NCBI GenBank assembly: GCA_964016885.1
Contig: OZ024759.1
Coordinates: forward strand, 2,976,001-3,040,000
Direction: 5' to 3'
Length of the DNA stretch: 64,000 nt
Source of the DNA: Eledone cirrhosa
Taxonomy: Eukaryota
The position numbers and the translations under genes are program-made. Below are positions 13,296 to 23,599 of the stretch, piece by piece (position 1 is the stretch's first letter; each line of letters starts with the position of its first letter). The notes under the pieces were generated by a model. The model was given only the letters and a program-made list of their open reading frames with translations. It was not told the DNA's origin and did no database searches.

Positions 13296-13971
13296 GTGAC
13301 GTTTTTTTTACAAATTGAAAAATAACCGAGGTGTCCTACACGAGTGAAAGTATAAAGAAAAAGAGATGAAATCGAAAATGCAACTGGAGTCTTATTTTTT
13401 AAAAGAATATATATATTTATTTGGTTCCTTTACCGGTTTCGCAGTTCTTCTGCTTTTCAAAAGGTGAGTTGAGATGGAGGGTCTGTGGTTTTTCTCACAT
13501 CTGGTTGGTCTCTGAATGTTACTTATTTTATATGGAAAAAGTGGCTCGAAATGCCAGGTTTTTCGAGAAGTAATTTGATTGGTTTGTCAATAATTATAAT
13601 AAATTTCGCGCCAGCTCGCGTTACAATAGTTCTTCAAATAAGAGGGGGGGGGTTGTCACAGGTTGTTTTTTCATATATGAGTGTTTGAATTTCTTTTTAC
13701 TTGAAAAAAGGGGCTCACGAAGGCTTTTTTGGGGTTGTTTATAAATGAAATTATGGCTGTCACGTGAACAAGTTTTCATTAAATTTTCGTGCCCTTATTT
13801 GGAAATCCATTCTGTAGCCTTTTTAGAGAATTTTATGATAAGTGAAAGATAATGGTCAAGAGAAATGGGATTGGGAGAATTGTTCTGGTTCAGTGAATAT
13901 GGTTAGTTCGCTGGGGTGTCAGAGTTCAGATTTTCTATTGAAGTAAAGATATGTATGTTTATTTGTGTGCT

Positions 13972-14050
<79 letters not shown>

Positions 14051-14437
14051 CTAAATAAACCTTAACATACGTTTGCACTGACAATACAACAGAACAAATA
14101 CGAATAGGTAAGGAAAATATGTTCATTCAAAAATATTCCTACTAAAGGATCATTTTCCTACACACACACACACAATATATATATATATTCTCTTCATCTT
14201 AACATGCTAACCATACTCCCACACACATAACACCCATACACACACATAACAACCCCCACACCCACAACTCCCTCCCCCATTTCTACTAATAGAACCACTT
14301 TCCTACACACATATATACACACACACAAAATATATATTCTCTCCATCTTAACATACTCGCACACACACACATAACACCCATATACACACACACACAACTC
14401 CCTCCCCCATTTCTACTAATAGAATCATCTTCCAATA

Positions 14438-14470
<33 letters not shown>

Positions 14471-15414
14471 GCACACAAATAAACATACATATCTTTACTT
14501 CAATAGAAAATCTGAACTCTGACACCCCAGCGAACTAACCATATTCACTGAACCAGAACAATTCTCCCAATCCCATTTCTCTTGACCACTATCTTTCCCT
14601 TGTCATAACATTCTCTATAAAGGCTACAGAATAGATTTCCAAATAAGGGCGCGAAAATGTAATGAAATTTTTTTCACGTGACAGCCAAATTTCATTTATA
14701 ACCAATCAAATCACGTTTATTAAAAAAAAGCCTTCGTGAGCCACCTTTTTTTTAAGTAAAGAAATTCAAACACACACCACACACGCACATACACACAAGC
14801 ACACAAATAAACATACATATCTTTACTTTCTTTATTCAATAGAAAATCTGAATTCTGACACCCCAGCGAACTAACCATATTCACTGAACCAGAACAATTC
14901 TCCCATCCCATTCTCTTGACCATTATCTTTCACTTATCATAAAATTCTCTAAAAAGGCTACAGAATGGATTTCCAAATAAGGGCACGAAAATTTAATGAA
15001 AACTTGTTCACGTGACAGCCATAATTTCATTTATAACCAACCCCCAAAAAGCCTCCGTGAGCCCCTTTTTTCAAGTAAAAAGAAATTCAAACACTCATAT
15101 ATGAAAAAACAACCTGTGACACCCCCCTCTTATTTGAAGAACTATTGTAACGCGAACTGGCGCGAATTTTATTATAATTATTGACAAACCAATCAAATTA
15201 CTTCTCGAAAAACCTGGCATTTCGAGCCACTTTTTCCATATAAAACAAGTAACATTCAGAGACCAACCAGATGTGAGAAAACTCACAGACCCTCCAACTC
15301 AACTCACCTTTTGAAAAGCAGAAGAACTGCGAAACCGGTAAAGGAACCAATAAATATATATATATATTTTTTTTAAATAAGACTCCAGATGCATTTTCGA
15401 TTTCATCTCTTTTT

Positions 15415-15421
<7 letters not shown>
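13290..15421 (+). mobile_element. PLE 3' end (EN C-terminal remnant at about 14075-14145) with a ~630-bp inverted arm and an internal partial tandem duplication
   Basis: 13351-13977 is the reverse complement of about 14796-15421 (mirror ORFs 13485+ and 15095-). 14470-14770 repeats part of the right arm. TTEQIRIGKENMFIQKY resembles the EN end of the neighbouring PLE. Confidence 0.8.
15307..15344 (+). ncRNA. Very compact hammerhead motif with U3-A8 variant core (mirror at about 13427-13464 on the - strand)
   Basis: cctt-TTGAAAA-gcag-aagaa-ctgc-GAAA-ccgg-TA-aagg. Confidence 0.7.
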
Positions 15422-15490
<69 letters not shown>

Positions 15491-15559
15491 GTGTGTGGGT
15501 GTCTGTGATCTATATACACTGGTCATAGACACATACACACACTTATATATACACAACAC

Positions 15560-15850
15560 CACTAGCTCTCTCTTCCATTCTCCTTCTCTGTCAACTTTCC
15601 CTCTCTATATGTCTCTCTTTCAATCTACTCTCTCACTCTCTTTCTCTCTCTCTCTATGTTTATGAAGGTACCTGGGAAAACCCCATATTTAGGGAATCCG
15701 TGGTCCGATTTATGTGAAACTTGTTTTATTCCATTTGTTATCCCATTTCAGGGGCAACTTCCTTTCAAAGTATTTTTCCATTATGCAATCTTTTGGCTGT
15801 ATTACATTACAGACAAGCAAGCAATCACAGACTTCTAGTATTATATAGAT
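15560..15850 (-). mobile_element. Possible non-autonomous Helitron-type element
   Basis: The minus strand begins a|TCTATATAATACTAG followed by gtctgt-type short repeats; a candidate CTAG end lies near 15562. Confidence 0.35.
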
Positions 15851-16240
15851 AGATAAAATCCTTTGATCATAATTCTATGTAAAAACCATTAACCTCTTCA
15901 GTGCCACAGACGAGATAACTCGTCCTAACATGTTTGAACTCCTTTCCAACAGTTTATAACTTCAAAGTTATGAACTTGCTTCCAACAGTTCATAACTTGA
16001 CAGCTAGATGGAGTTACTAGTTTACTAATGTGACATTTGTCAATCATTCAGATATGTGTTGTTAATAAATGTTTGTTTTAAAAAATAGTCATTTTACTGA
16101 AAAAAACACCCCACCCCAGTAACTGTAGCTGTATAAAATATATGTAGCACTCTACAGGTTAAGTTATGTTCCAAGCACCAGCTTTCACTTGAGGTATGGT
16201 AAAAAAAAGAGTTAATTCTTTCTTTTTTTTCTTTCTGCAG

Positions 16241-16483
16241 TCTATCAATGAAAGTTTGTATGGATGTAGGCTGGCTGGATCGTCTCTGCAAGCAGGAGAA
16301 CGGAAGGAACTTATGAAGAAACTGGAAATATCTGTTAAAGAGATCCAATTTGGTTCAATCACCATTGGTGAGACATATGAATCATCATTCTACTTAATCA
16401 ATACTGGTGTTGATTCATGTCGCTTTAAACTAAGACAACCGCCAGCAACCACTGGTTTAAAGGTCTTTCATCCCTTTGGTCCT
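16241..16483 (+). CDS. SPAG17: SPAG17-like exon, first part of the C-terminal PapD-like/ASH domain, phase 0-0
   Basis: Long polypyrimidine tract and tgcag acceptor; cct|gtaagt donor. IQFGSITIGETYESSFYLINTGVDSCRFKLRQPPATTGLKVFHPFGP closely resembles the recalled vertebrate SPAG17 segment FGVLKEGHTY...[28 protein letters not shown]. Confidence 0.9.
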
Positions 16484-16769
16484 GTAAGTCACTCTTTCCA
16501 TCTTGTTTTCTTGTTTTTCAATTATTTTCTCTGCATCTGGTGTACTCAGGCCCGGAGACTGAGGGTCGCTGGCACTGGAGGAGCCAGGGGGCATGGCTCA
16601 TCCAATAATTATATTTTTCTCCCCAAGCCAGAACACATAAAAGAGTAAAAGTAAGGCAGAAATAACTGAAATTGTTAAAATAAATAGTCAGTTTTCATAT
16701 TGTCTGTCCATTGATGACATCATAGCTATGTATACATTCATATATATATTATATATATAAGATTCTACT

Positions 16770-17362
16770 ATGTATTGAGTACCTTACTTACTGTGGTTAA
16801 CTCCGATTGAACCCTGGACTCGTATGTTTTTATTGGCAGCATGTCTCTCCTTTGTTCTGTCCTACACTATCTTGTTTTTGTATGTTGTGTGCTGTGTGCC
16901 CAGTTTGCGCATGCGTTACATCCGGGTGTGTGTGTTTTTATTTATTTATTTATGTGTTTATTTACTTGTCACTAGTTGGTTGTTTGTTCTATCTGTGTAT
17001 GTTTTGTTCTATCTTTGTTTTGTTAGTTTGGTTTTTGTGTATGTCTGTACGTCTTCATGTTGTCGTTAATTACTAGTTGTGATGTTGCTATTCCACTCAT
17101 GTTTTCTGTTTAATTTTGGTTGGAGTTCGTTTATATTTGTTGCCTCTGTGATTTGTCTGAGCATTGTATCTTTTCTGTGTGTGGATATAATTTTTATCTC
17201 TATGTTCTCTAATGTACCCCTATGTTCTATTTGGGCATGTTGGTGGAGTACTGATGAGTTTTTCCCATCCTGGAGTTCTCACCAGTGTTCACTTATCCTT
17301 TCTCTTATGCTACAGGCTGTTTCACCTATGTATGTTATATTCTTATTCCTACACTGTTCCTC
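16770..17362 (-). mobile_element. PLE GIY-YIG 3' fragment, same family as 35390-36695
   Basis: The reverse strand reads TYIGETACSIRERISEHW*ELQDGKNSSVLHQHAQIEH...RQITEATNINELQPKLNRKHEW. Confidence 0.85.
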
Positions 17363-17605
17363 GGAACATCTTTTGCTAGATTTCTATGGCTGGATGTCCT
17401 TCCTAATGCCAACCTCATTTACAGTGTGGACTGGGTGGTTTTTGTTGTGACACCTACATGACCACTTTACAGTGTAGACTGGGTACTTTTTGTTGTGACA
17501 CCTACACGACCACTTTACAGTGTGGGCTGGGTGGTTTTTGTTGTTGTTATTATTAAGGTGGTGGATGGTATGCAATAATCTTTTATTGTTTTCTTCAACC
17601 TTCAG

Positions 17606-17750
17606 ATTGCTGCAGGCCTCAAGGAGAAACTGGTTGTCCAACTAAAACTTTCTCCTTCTTTAGTTGAGAAATACGATGGAGGGGTGAATTTGAAGTACTG
17701 TCTCTGTATTGTGACTGAGAAAGAAATGCTGGAGCTACCCATTATGGCCT
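17606..17750 (+). CDS. SPAG17: SPAG17-like exon (IAAGLKEKLVVQL...CIVTEKEMLELPIMA), phase 0-1
   Basis: ttcag acceptor. Joins the previous exon to give GP-IAAGL, matching the SPAG17 GPVAAGM...IMTEHEVLFLPVEA pattern. Confidence 0.88.
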
Positions 17751-17760
17751 GTATCCTTTC
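17751..17760 (+). promoter_or_regulatory. U12-type (minor spliceosome) 5' splice site
   Basis: GTATCCTTTC directly follows the exon and matches the U12 consensus GTATCCTTT. A candidate branch site tatcttaac lies at 18947-18955. Confidence 0.8.
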
Positions 17761-17784
17761 TTGTCATCATACATGACTTAAGGC

Positions 17785-18250
17785 ATATATATAGTTATAT
17801 ATATAGTCTGTTATATATATATAGTCTTAGTTATATATAGTCTTGAGTCTTAGTTATATATATAGTCTTAGTTATATATATATAGTCTTAGTTATATATA
17901 TAGTCTTAGTTATATATATAGTCTTAGTTATATATATAGTCTTAGTTATATATATATAGTCTTAGTTATATATATAGTCTTTATATATATATAACTAAGA
18001 CTATATATAGTCTTAGTTATATATAGTCTTAGTTATATATATATAGTCTTAGTTATATATATAGTCTTAGTTATATATATATAGTCTTAGTTATAGATAT
18101 AGTCTTAGTTATATATATAGTCTTTATATATATATAACTAAGACTATATATATATAACTAAGACTATATATAGTCTTAGTTATATATATATAGTCTTACT
18201 TATATATATTAGTTATATATATATAGTCTTAGTTATATATATATATATAT
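17785..18250. repeat. Minisatellite (gtcttagt+(ta)n)n with internally inverted units
   Basis: More than 20 copies of tagtcttagttatatata; reversed taactaagacta units at about 17992-18005 and 18135-18170. Confidence 0.9.
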
Positions 18251-18251
18251 A

Positions 18252-18690
18252 CTAGCTGGCCCGTCCGGTTGGTATCCGGCTAGGTATACCGGCATTTTAT
18301 CTTTTCAGGAATCCCCCCTACAATCCAGTGCAAAGATACCGCATGCCTTCTCAAATCAGCGAGGTGGGGTGGGGGTGTTAACGTGCTCTGATGTTGGGTT
18401 TGAATAGGTTTTAGGATTCCCCAGTTCAGCAGCCAGTACGTTAAAGAAAAGTGATAGTCACAACAATAAAGGCTGAACAGAGAACACATTTTTTAACAAA
18501 CAATAATTTGTACAACCATAATGGAAATTCCAAGTAACAGAAAATATTTAAATTACATTGTTAGAGCCTCAGAGTATACAATATTTTTTGTTCAGCCCTC
18601 TGGAGCAAAGATGAAGAGATTGTTTGGTGAGCTCACCCTAGAGCATCCTATATACAATCGACCATGGGAGAAGCACTGATCTTGTAGCTC
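18252..18690 (-). mobile_element. Helitron 3' remnant (Pif1 helicase C-terminus plus terminal hairpin and CTAG)
   Basis: The minus strand reads CFSHGRLYIGCSRVSSPNNLFIFAPEG*TKNIVYSEAL and ends gccggataccaaccggacgggccagCTAG|t. Confidence 0.85.
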
Positions 18691-18964
18691 GTCTCACGGA
18701 GAAGCTCTGTAGACGTTGACCTCTGGAGACTCCTGTCAGGAGCAGGTAAGCTGTAGTCACTCAGAGGCCTACCAGCAATCTCAGGACACTGTTTTCAAAT
18801 ATATAAAGTAAACATATCAAACATTGGCAGGGGATAATGTGTGTTTACACTCTTTACAAATTATCCCCTGTCAATGTTTGATATGTTTATTTCATATATA
18901 TATGTCAATCATCATATATATGCGTGTGTGTGTTCTGCCAATATTCTATCTTAACATCCTGTAG

Positions 18965-19023
18965 TTGTTAGATCTGTGCGCTCATGTTCTGTTGCTAAGA
19001 CGTTGATGACTCCATTGATGTAA
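18965..19023 (+). CDS. SPAG17: Candidate final coding exon of the SPAG17-like gene (FVRSVRSCSVAKTLMTPLM*); the exon may extend to a donor at 19072
   Basis: U12-like branch point then AG at 18963-64 (alternative AG at 18970-71). Phase-1 join, TAA at 19021-23, g|gtaaga donor at 19072, and a possible 3'UTR exon acceptor tttcag at 20841. Confidence 0.5.
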
Positions 19024-19244
19024 GACTGCATTCCACCTGGACTGATAGCTTCACACTACCATAAAAAGATGGTAAGAGATCTCACTTTCTCTCCACTCTC
19101 TCTCCCTCTCTTTCTCTATCAGCAAGATCCCAAACCTCATTCATTTACCAAGTGAGGTGGAACTCGTCAAATCGGGCCGAGGAAACAATCTTTCCATTCG
19201 TCTTTCTAATTGCCAATACTATCTACTGGTCACAAATCTAGGTA

Positions 19245-19365
19245 GAAGCAGCAACGTGAAATAAAGTGTGTTGCTCAAGGACATAACACATCGCCCGGTC
19301 CGGGAATTGAACTCACAACCTCCCGATTGTGAATCCAATTCTCTAACCACTCAGCCACACACCTT
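19245..19365 (-). mobile_element. tRNA-derived SINE head (second family)
   Basis: The reverse strand has an A-box-like tggctgagtgg and a B-box gttcaattcc, then gtccttgagcaacacacttta. A related fragment lies at about 9255-9335. Confidence 0.7.
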
Positions 19366-19370
19366 CACAG

Positions 19371-19426
<56 letters not shown>

Positions 19427-19446
19427 CTCTCTCTCTCTCTCTCTCT

Positions 19447-19517
<71 letters not shown>

Positions 19518-19859
19518 CAGTTGTCCCCCGCAATTCACGGGGATTACGTTCCTATGGCACCCACCAATATTGGACGTGGTCCATAAAAATGCCTATAAAT
19601 GTGAAAATATAATGTAAAATATAATAAAAAATAGAGGGGGTGTCTTATGCGAAAGGGTGTCCAATAGGCCGGCAAATACGGTATATTGTTTTTAATAATT
19701 TAGCGTTAAAAAATATATATTGCCAAGAAAAAAAAACATTAAAAAATCGCATTAGTTATTTATATTTCTGTGAATATACGATAGTTTCCACGAACAATTA
19801 TTAGTTAGGTTTTAAACATTCCACAAATAAATGGGACCATAAATGCAAGGGGTACACTG
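19518..19859. mobile_element. Tigger/pogo-like MITE with TA target duplication, containing a nested second DNA-transposon end
   Basis: ta|cagttgtccccc...ggggtacactg|ta imperfect TIRs; internal gccggcaaatacggta at about 19668-19683. Confidence 0.6.
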
Positions 19860-20001
19860 TATTTATATATATATAACACATAAAAGATATCAACTCATAT
19901 AATTTACCTTATATATATATGTAGTTGTATGGTTTCAAGAAAATTGCATCCGTAGGCAGTATGCCGGTTGAGCACTGGATGCTCGGGCAGAGCAGAGTAT
20001 A

Positions 20002-20215
20002 ATACTATAAGGATAAAGGAACAAGGATTCACATAGGATACACATAGAATCGGAGACGAGATCATATAGCAAGTTTATCTGACGATCTTTCGATTACAGT
20101 GTCAGTTTTGTTCTATAATAGATCTTTCCTCGAGCTGATCGATAGTGAAACATATGTAATATGTTATTAAATATGTTATGATGCAACACTGAAACCTTGT
20201 CCCTTTATCCTTATA

Positions 20216-20219
<4 letters not shown>
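20002..20219. mobile_element. Fold-back element with 30-bp arms enclosing a hammerhead-like motif
   Basis: atactataaggataaaggaacaaggattca / tgaaaccttgtccctttatccttatagtat; CTGACGA at 20079, GAAA-catatg-TA at 20147-20158. Confidence 0.7.
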
Positions 20220-20268
<49 letters not shown>

Positions 20269-20350
20269 AAAGTTCTATTTAAAATTGTTGGGATACAACA
20301 AGTAAATATTTTATAACTGATATAAAGCACTCGACAAGTATTTGGAGTAG

Positions 20351-20681
20351 ATATACGATATTAATAAATGGAAACTATATTTATAAAACCATATTTATTT
20401 CATTATACATATTTCAGGGATACCAAATTAAATTATGGTATGCCTTCATCAGACAAAATACAATATATAACAGTTTTACAAATAAGCTTTGACGTACCCT
20501 TTTAAAATGCGACCATTACTTTTGGAAGCCATAATGGTCGCATTTTAAAAGGGTACGTCAAAGCTTATTTGTATTTTGTCTGATGAAGGCATACCATAAT
20601 TTAATTTGGTATCCCTGAAATATGTATAATGAAATAAATATGGTTTTATCAATATAGTTTCCATTTATTAATATCGTATAT
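20351..20681. mobile_element. About 330-bp palindrome with a hammerhead motif in each arm (+ copy at 20572-20636)
   Basis: Arms 20351-20518 and 20532-20681; tattttgt-CTGATGA-aggcatacca...tggtatccct-GAAA-tatgta-TA-atgaaata. Confidence 0.85.
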
Positions 20682-20745
20682 ATATATATATATATCTGAA
20701 GACGGCGTATATATGTGTTGGTATGTATATTTAATCTTGATAGTT

Positions 20746-20819
<74 letters not shown>

Positions 20820-21080
20820 GGACAATTTGTTTCTATTTCAGAATTGCCAGTTCTCACTTTCCGTGCACATATTTGTTAAAAGACATTCCAGGAACTGCTC
20901 ATCTCGATGTATTTCTCCATTTTTCTACACAGAACCTTTCATTCAAACACAACTTTAGACTGGCTAAATTTTGCATGTGATGGAAGACTACAAATCAGGG
21001 TTGTATTTGATGTATCTCTTTCTCATAAATATAAATACACACACAGGGAAAAGCGGATGTAAAATGATGATGATGATGAG

Positions 21081-21151
<71 letters not shown>

Positions 21152-21153
<2 letters not shown>

Positions 21154-21379
21154 ATAAAACGAAAAATCAGTGATGCATCTGAACTCAAATTTATTGTGTG
21201 TTACAATTGTTTCGCCGGTGGACAGCTCGAGACACGATCATTGTGTGGATTTGTCTGATTCTGGATTCAGAATTAGACAGATCCACCTAATGATCGTGTC
21301 TCGAGCTGTCCACCGGCGAAACAATTGTAACACACAATAAATTTGAGTTCAGATGCATCACTGATTTTTCGTTTTATAT
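21152..21379. mobile_element. About 230-bp near-perfect palindrome adjacent to (TA)n, carrying the 3' half of a hammerhead
   Basis: Mirror ORFs 20988- and 21343+; GAAA-caattg-TA at about 21318-21329. Confidence 0.85.
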
Positions 21380-21436
21380 TATATCATACTCTGCTCAACT
21401 GGCATACCACCTATGGAAGCATCTTAGATACCATCA

Positions 21437-21583
<147 letters not shown>

Positions 21584-22110
21584 AAATAAAGAGAGAAAGA
21601 AAGAGATTGTTTTACAATAATCTGTTTAGCTTTCACTAATTATTCTTTGTGTGTGTGATAAAATCTTGATGTACTGTTGGCTAATAATATTTCGATGTTA
21701 TTGGTAATATTTATACTTTTATAATATCTCCACGTGTGTAAATAATAAAGACACCAAAATTCAGCCAGTTTCGATTGAAGAAGGTTTATATTTTAATAAA
21801 CTATACATATTCTATTTTGTGTTGCGCAATCATTTCACTGTTTCTTCAGACAAAGGTGGAACACATCCAAATGTTGCTAGAGATCTCCCAGTTGGTTCAA
21901 ATTTCACAAACATCAATGTTGTAAGTTCAAATGAAGGATATATTTGAAGGTATATTATTAATTAATTTACATCCATCATTATCACTGTTTTAATGTCTGT
22001 TTTTCCACATTTGCATGTGTTGGATGGGTTTCTTCTCAGCACATTCTTCTTCACCTCCTTTGTGAATCTCAGTGATTTGAGGTCAGCTCTTCTCTACCCA
22101 GGTCTTTCTT

Positions 22111-22145
<35 letters not shown>

Positions 22146-22151
<6 letters not shown>

Positions 22152-23130
22152 ATACTTGGGGAGGGTCATATTTGTGTAATATTGCCAGAATTAATAACAG
22201 AACACACTCACTGTTTGGTTGGATTTCGCTTTTCGCTTCTGTGTCTTTTATATCGGTAATCTAATTTATTCGGTCCTCAATGTTGCAATTGACTGACCAA
22301 CGGTCAAAAATAATACAGATACAATATAGACACAAACACATATATATAGTTTATCAAAGTTCTTTCATTGCACATCTGCAACATCGTCAGTGGTGCTATT
22401 GTTTCCTCCCGTTGCATTGTATTTTCTACGCCATCTTTATTTAGTCTGTTTATTTTGACAACAACACGACGGTAACATAGACAACATAGAACTTAGAATA
22501 ATATCTAAACATAGAAATGACCCAGCAGATAGGCAAATCAGAGAGGCCAGTGAAATAGAACTTAGAAGACCAAGAATGAATGGAATAACAACAACACCCA
22601 AACAAACAAGACTGACCTAAGAGAAGTATAAATAAATAAATAGATAAATAAATAAATAAATACATACACAAGCACAATAACAACAAACACATATAAACAC
22701 ACACTAGTAAAGATAGAATACATTAACCAATACACAGTCACCCAATCACGAACACACATTAAACAAAACACTATACACACACGCAAACGCATGCGCAAAG
22801 AAGACAAATTAAAATAAACTAATAAATAAATATATAAACAGACTAAATAAAGATGGCGTAGAAAATACAATGCAACAGGAGGAAACAATAGCCCCACTGA
22901 CGATGTTGCAGATGTGCAACGAAAGAACTTTGATAAACTATATATATATGTTTGTGTCTGTATTTTTGACCGTTGGTCAGTCAATGGCAACATTGAGGAC
23001 CGAATAAATTAAATTAACCGATATAAAAGACTCAGAAGAGAAAAGCGAAAACCAACCAAACAGTGAGTGTGTTCTGTTATTAATTCTGGCAATATTACAC
23101 AAATATGACCCTCCCCAAGTATAACAATAT
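22146..23130 (+). mobile_element. PLE 3' end with ~300-bp inverted arms, EN C-terminal remnant and hammerhead-like motif
   Basis: 22146-22453 pairs with 22834-23130. The spacer reads DPADRQIREASEIELRRPRMN. CTGACGA-t-gttgca-gatg-tgcaac-GAAA at 22897-22924. The terminus resembles 36675-36695. Confidence 0.85.
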
Positions 23131-23184
23131 TTGTTTCGACACACGATTTCATATCAAAAACCTCGCAAAACTAATTCATCGCCG

Positions 23185-23284
<100 letters not shown>

Positions 23285-23435
23285 CTGTGTATGTATATAT
23301 GTTTATATATATATATTACACTAGGCTAATTTGACAGAGATAGAATAAGATAAGTTGGAAAATTATCAATTTCTTTCCTTCTTTCGATGTTTATTTATAT
23401 ATATATGTACTATTGTCTGTTTGTATATATAGCTG

Positions 23436-23469
<34 letters not shown>

Positions 23470-23599
23470 CGTTGTGTACATGCATATATTCGTAACAGGA
23501 AAAATTGGTCATATAGGATAGCCGTGTTTTAAAATAAGAGAGGCTAGGAAACCGCCATTTTCCTCCCACCTACCCGCCCTATACCTATTACCTTCCGGT

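Noticed and set aside
15889-15930. piggyBac-like terminus (ttaacctcttcagtgcc...gacgagataactcgtc)
   Set aside because: Only one end is seen, with no matching inverted terminus or transposase.
16196-16648. 150-aa single-exon ORF
   Set aside because: Only 16241-16483 is exon. The flanks translate a polypyrimidine tract and intron sequence.
21815-21860. Hammerhead-like CTGAAGA...GAAA on the - strand, and ctgaaaga-gtac...gtac-ggaa at about 30773
   Set aside because: Stems or core are too degenerate to distinguish from chance by eye.
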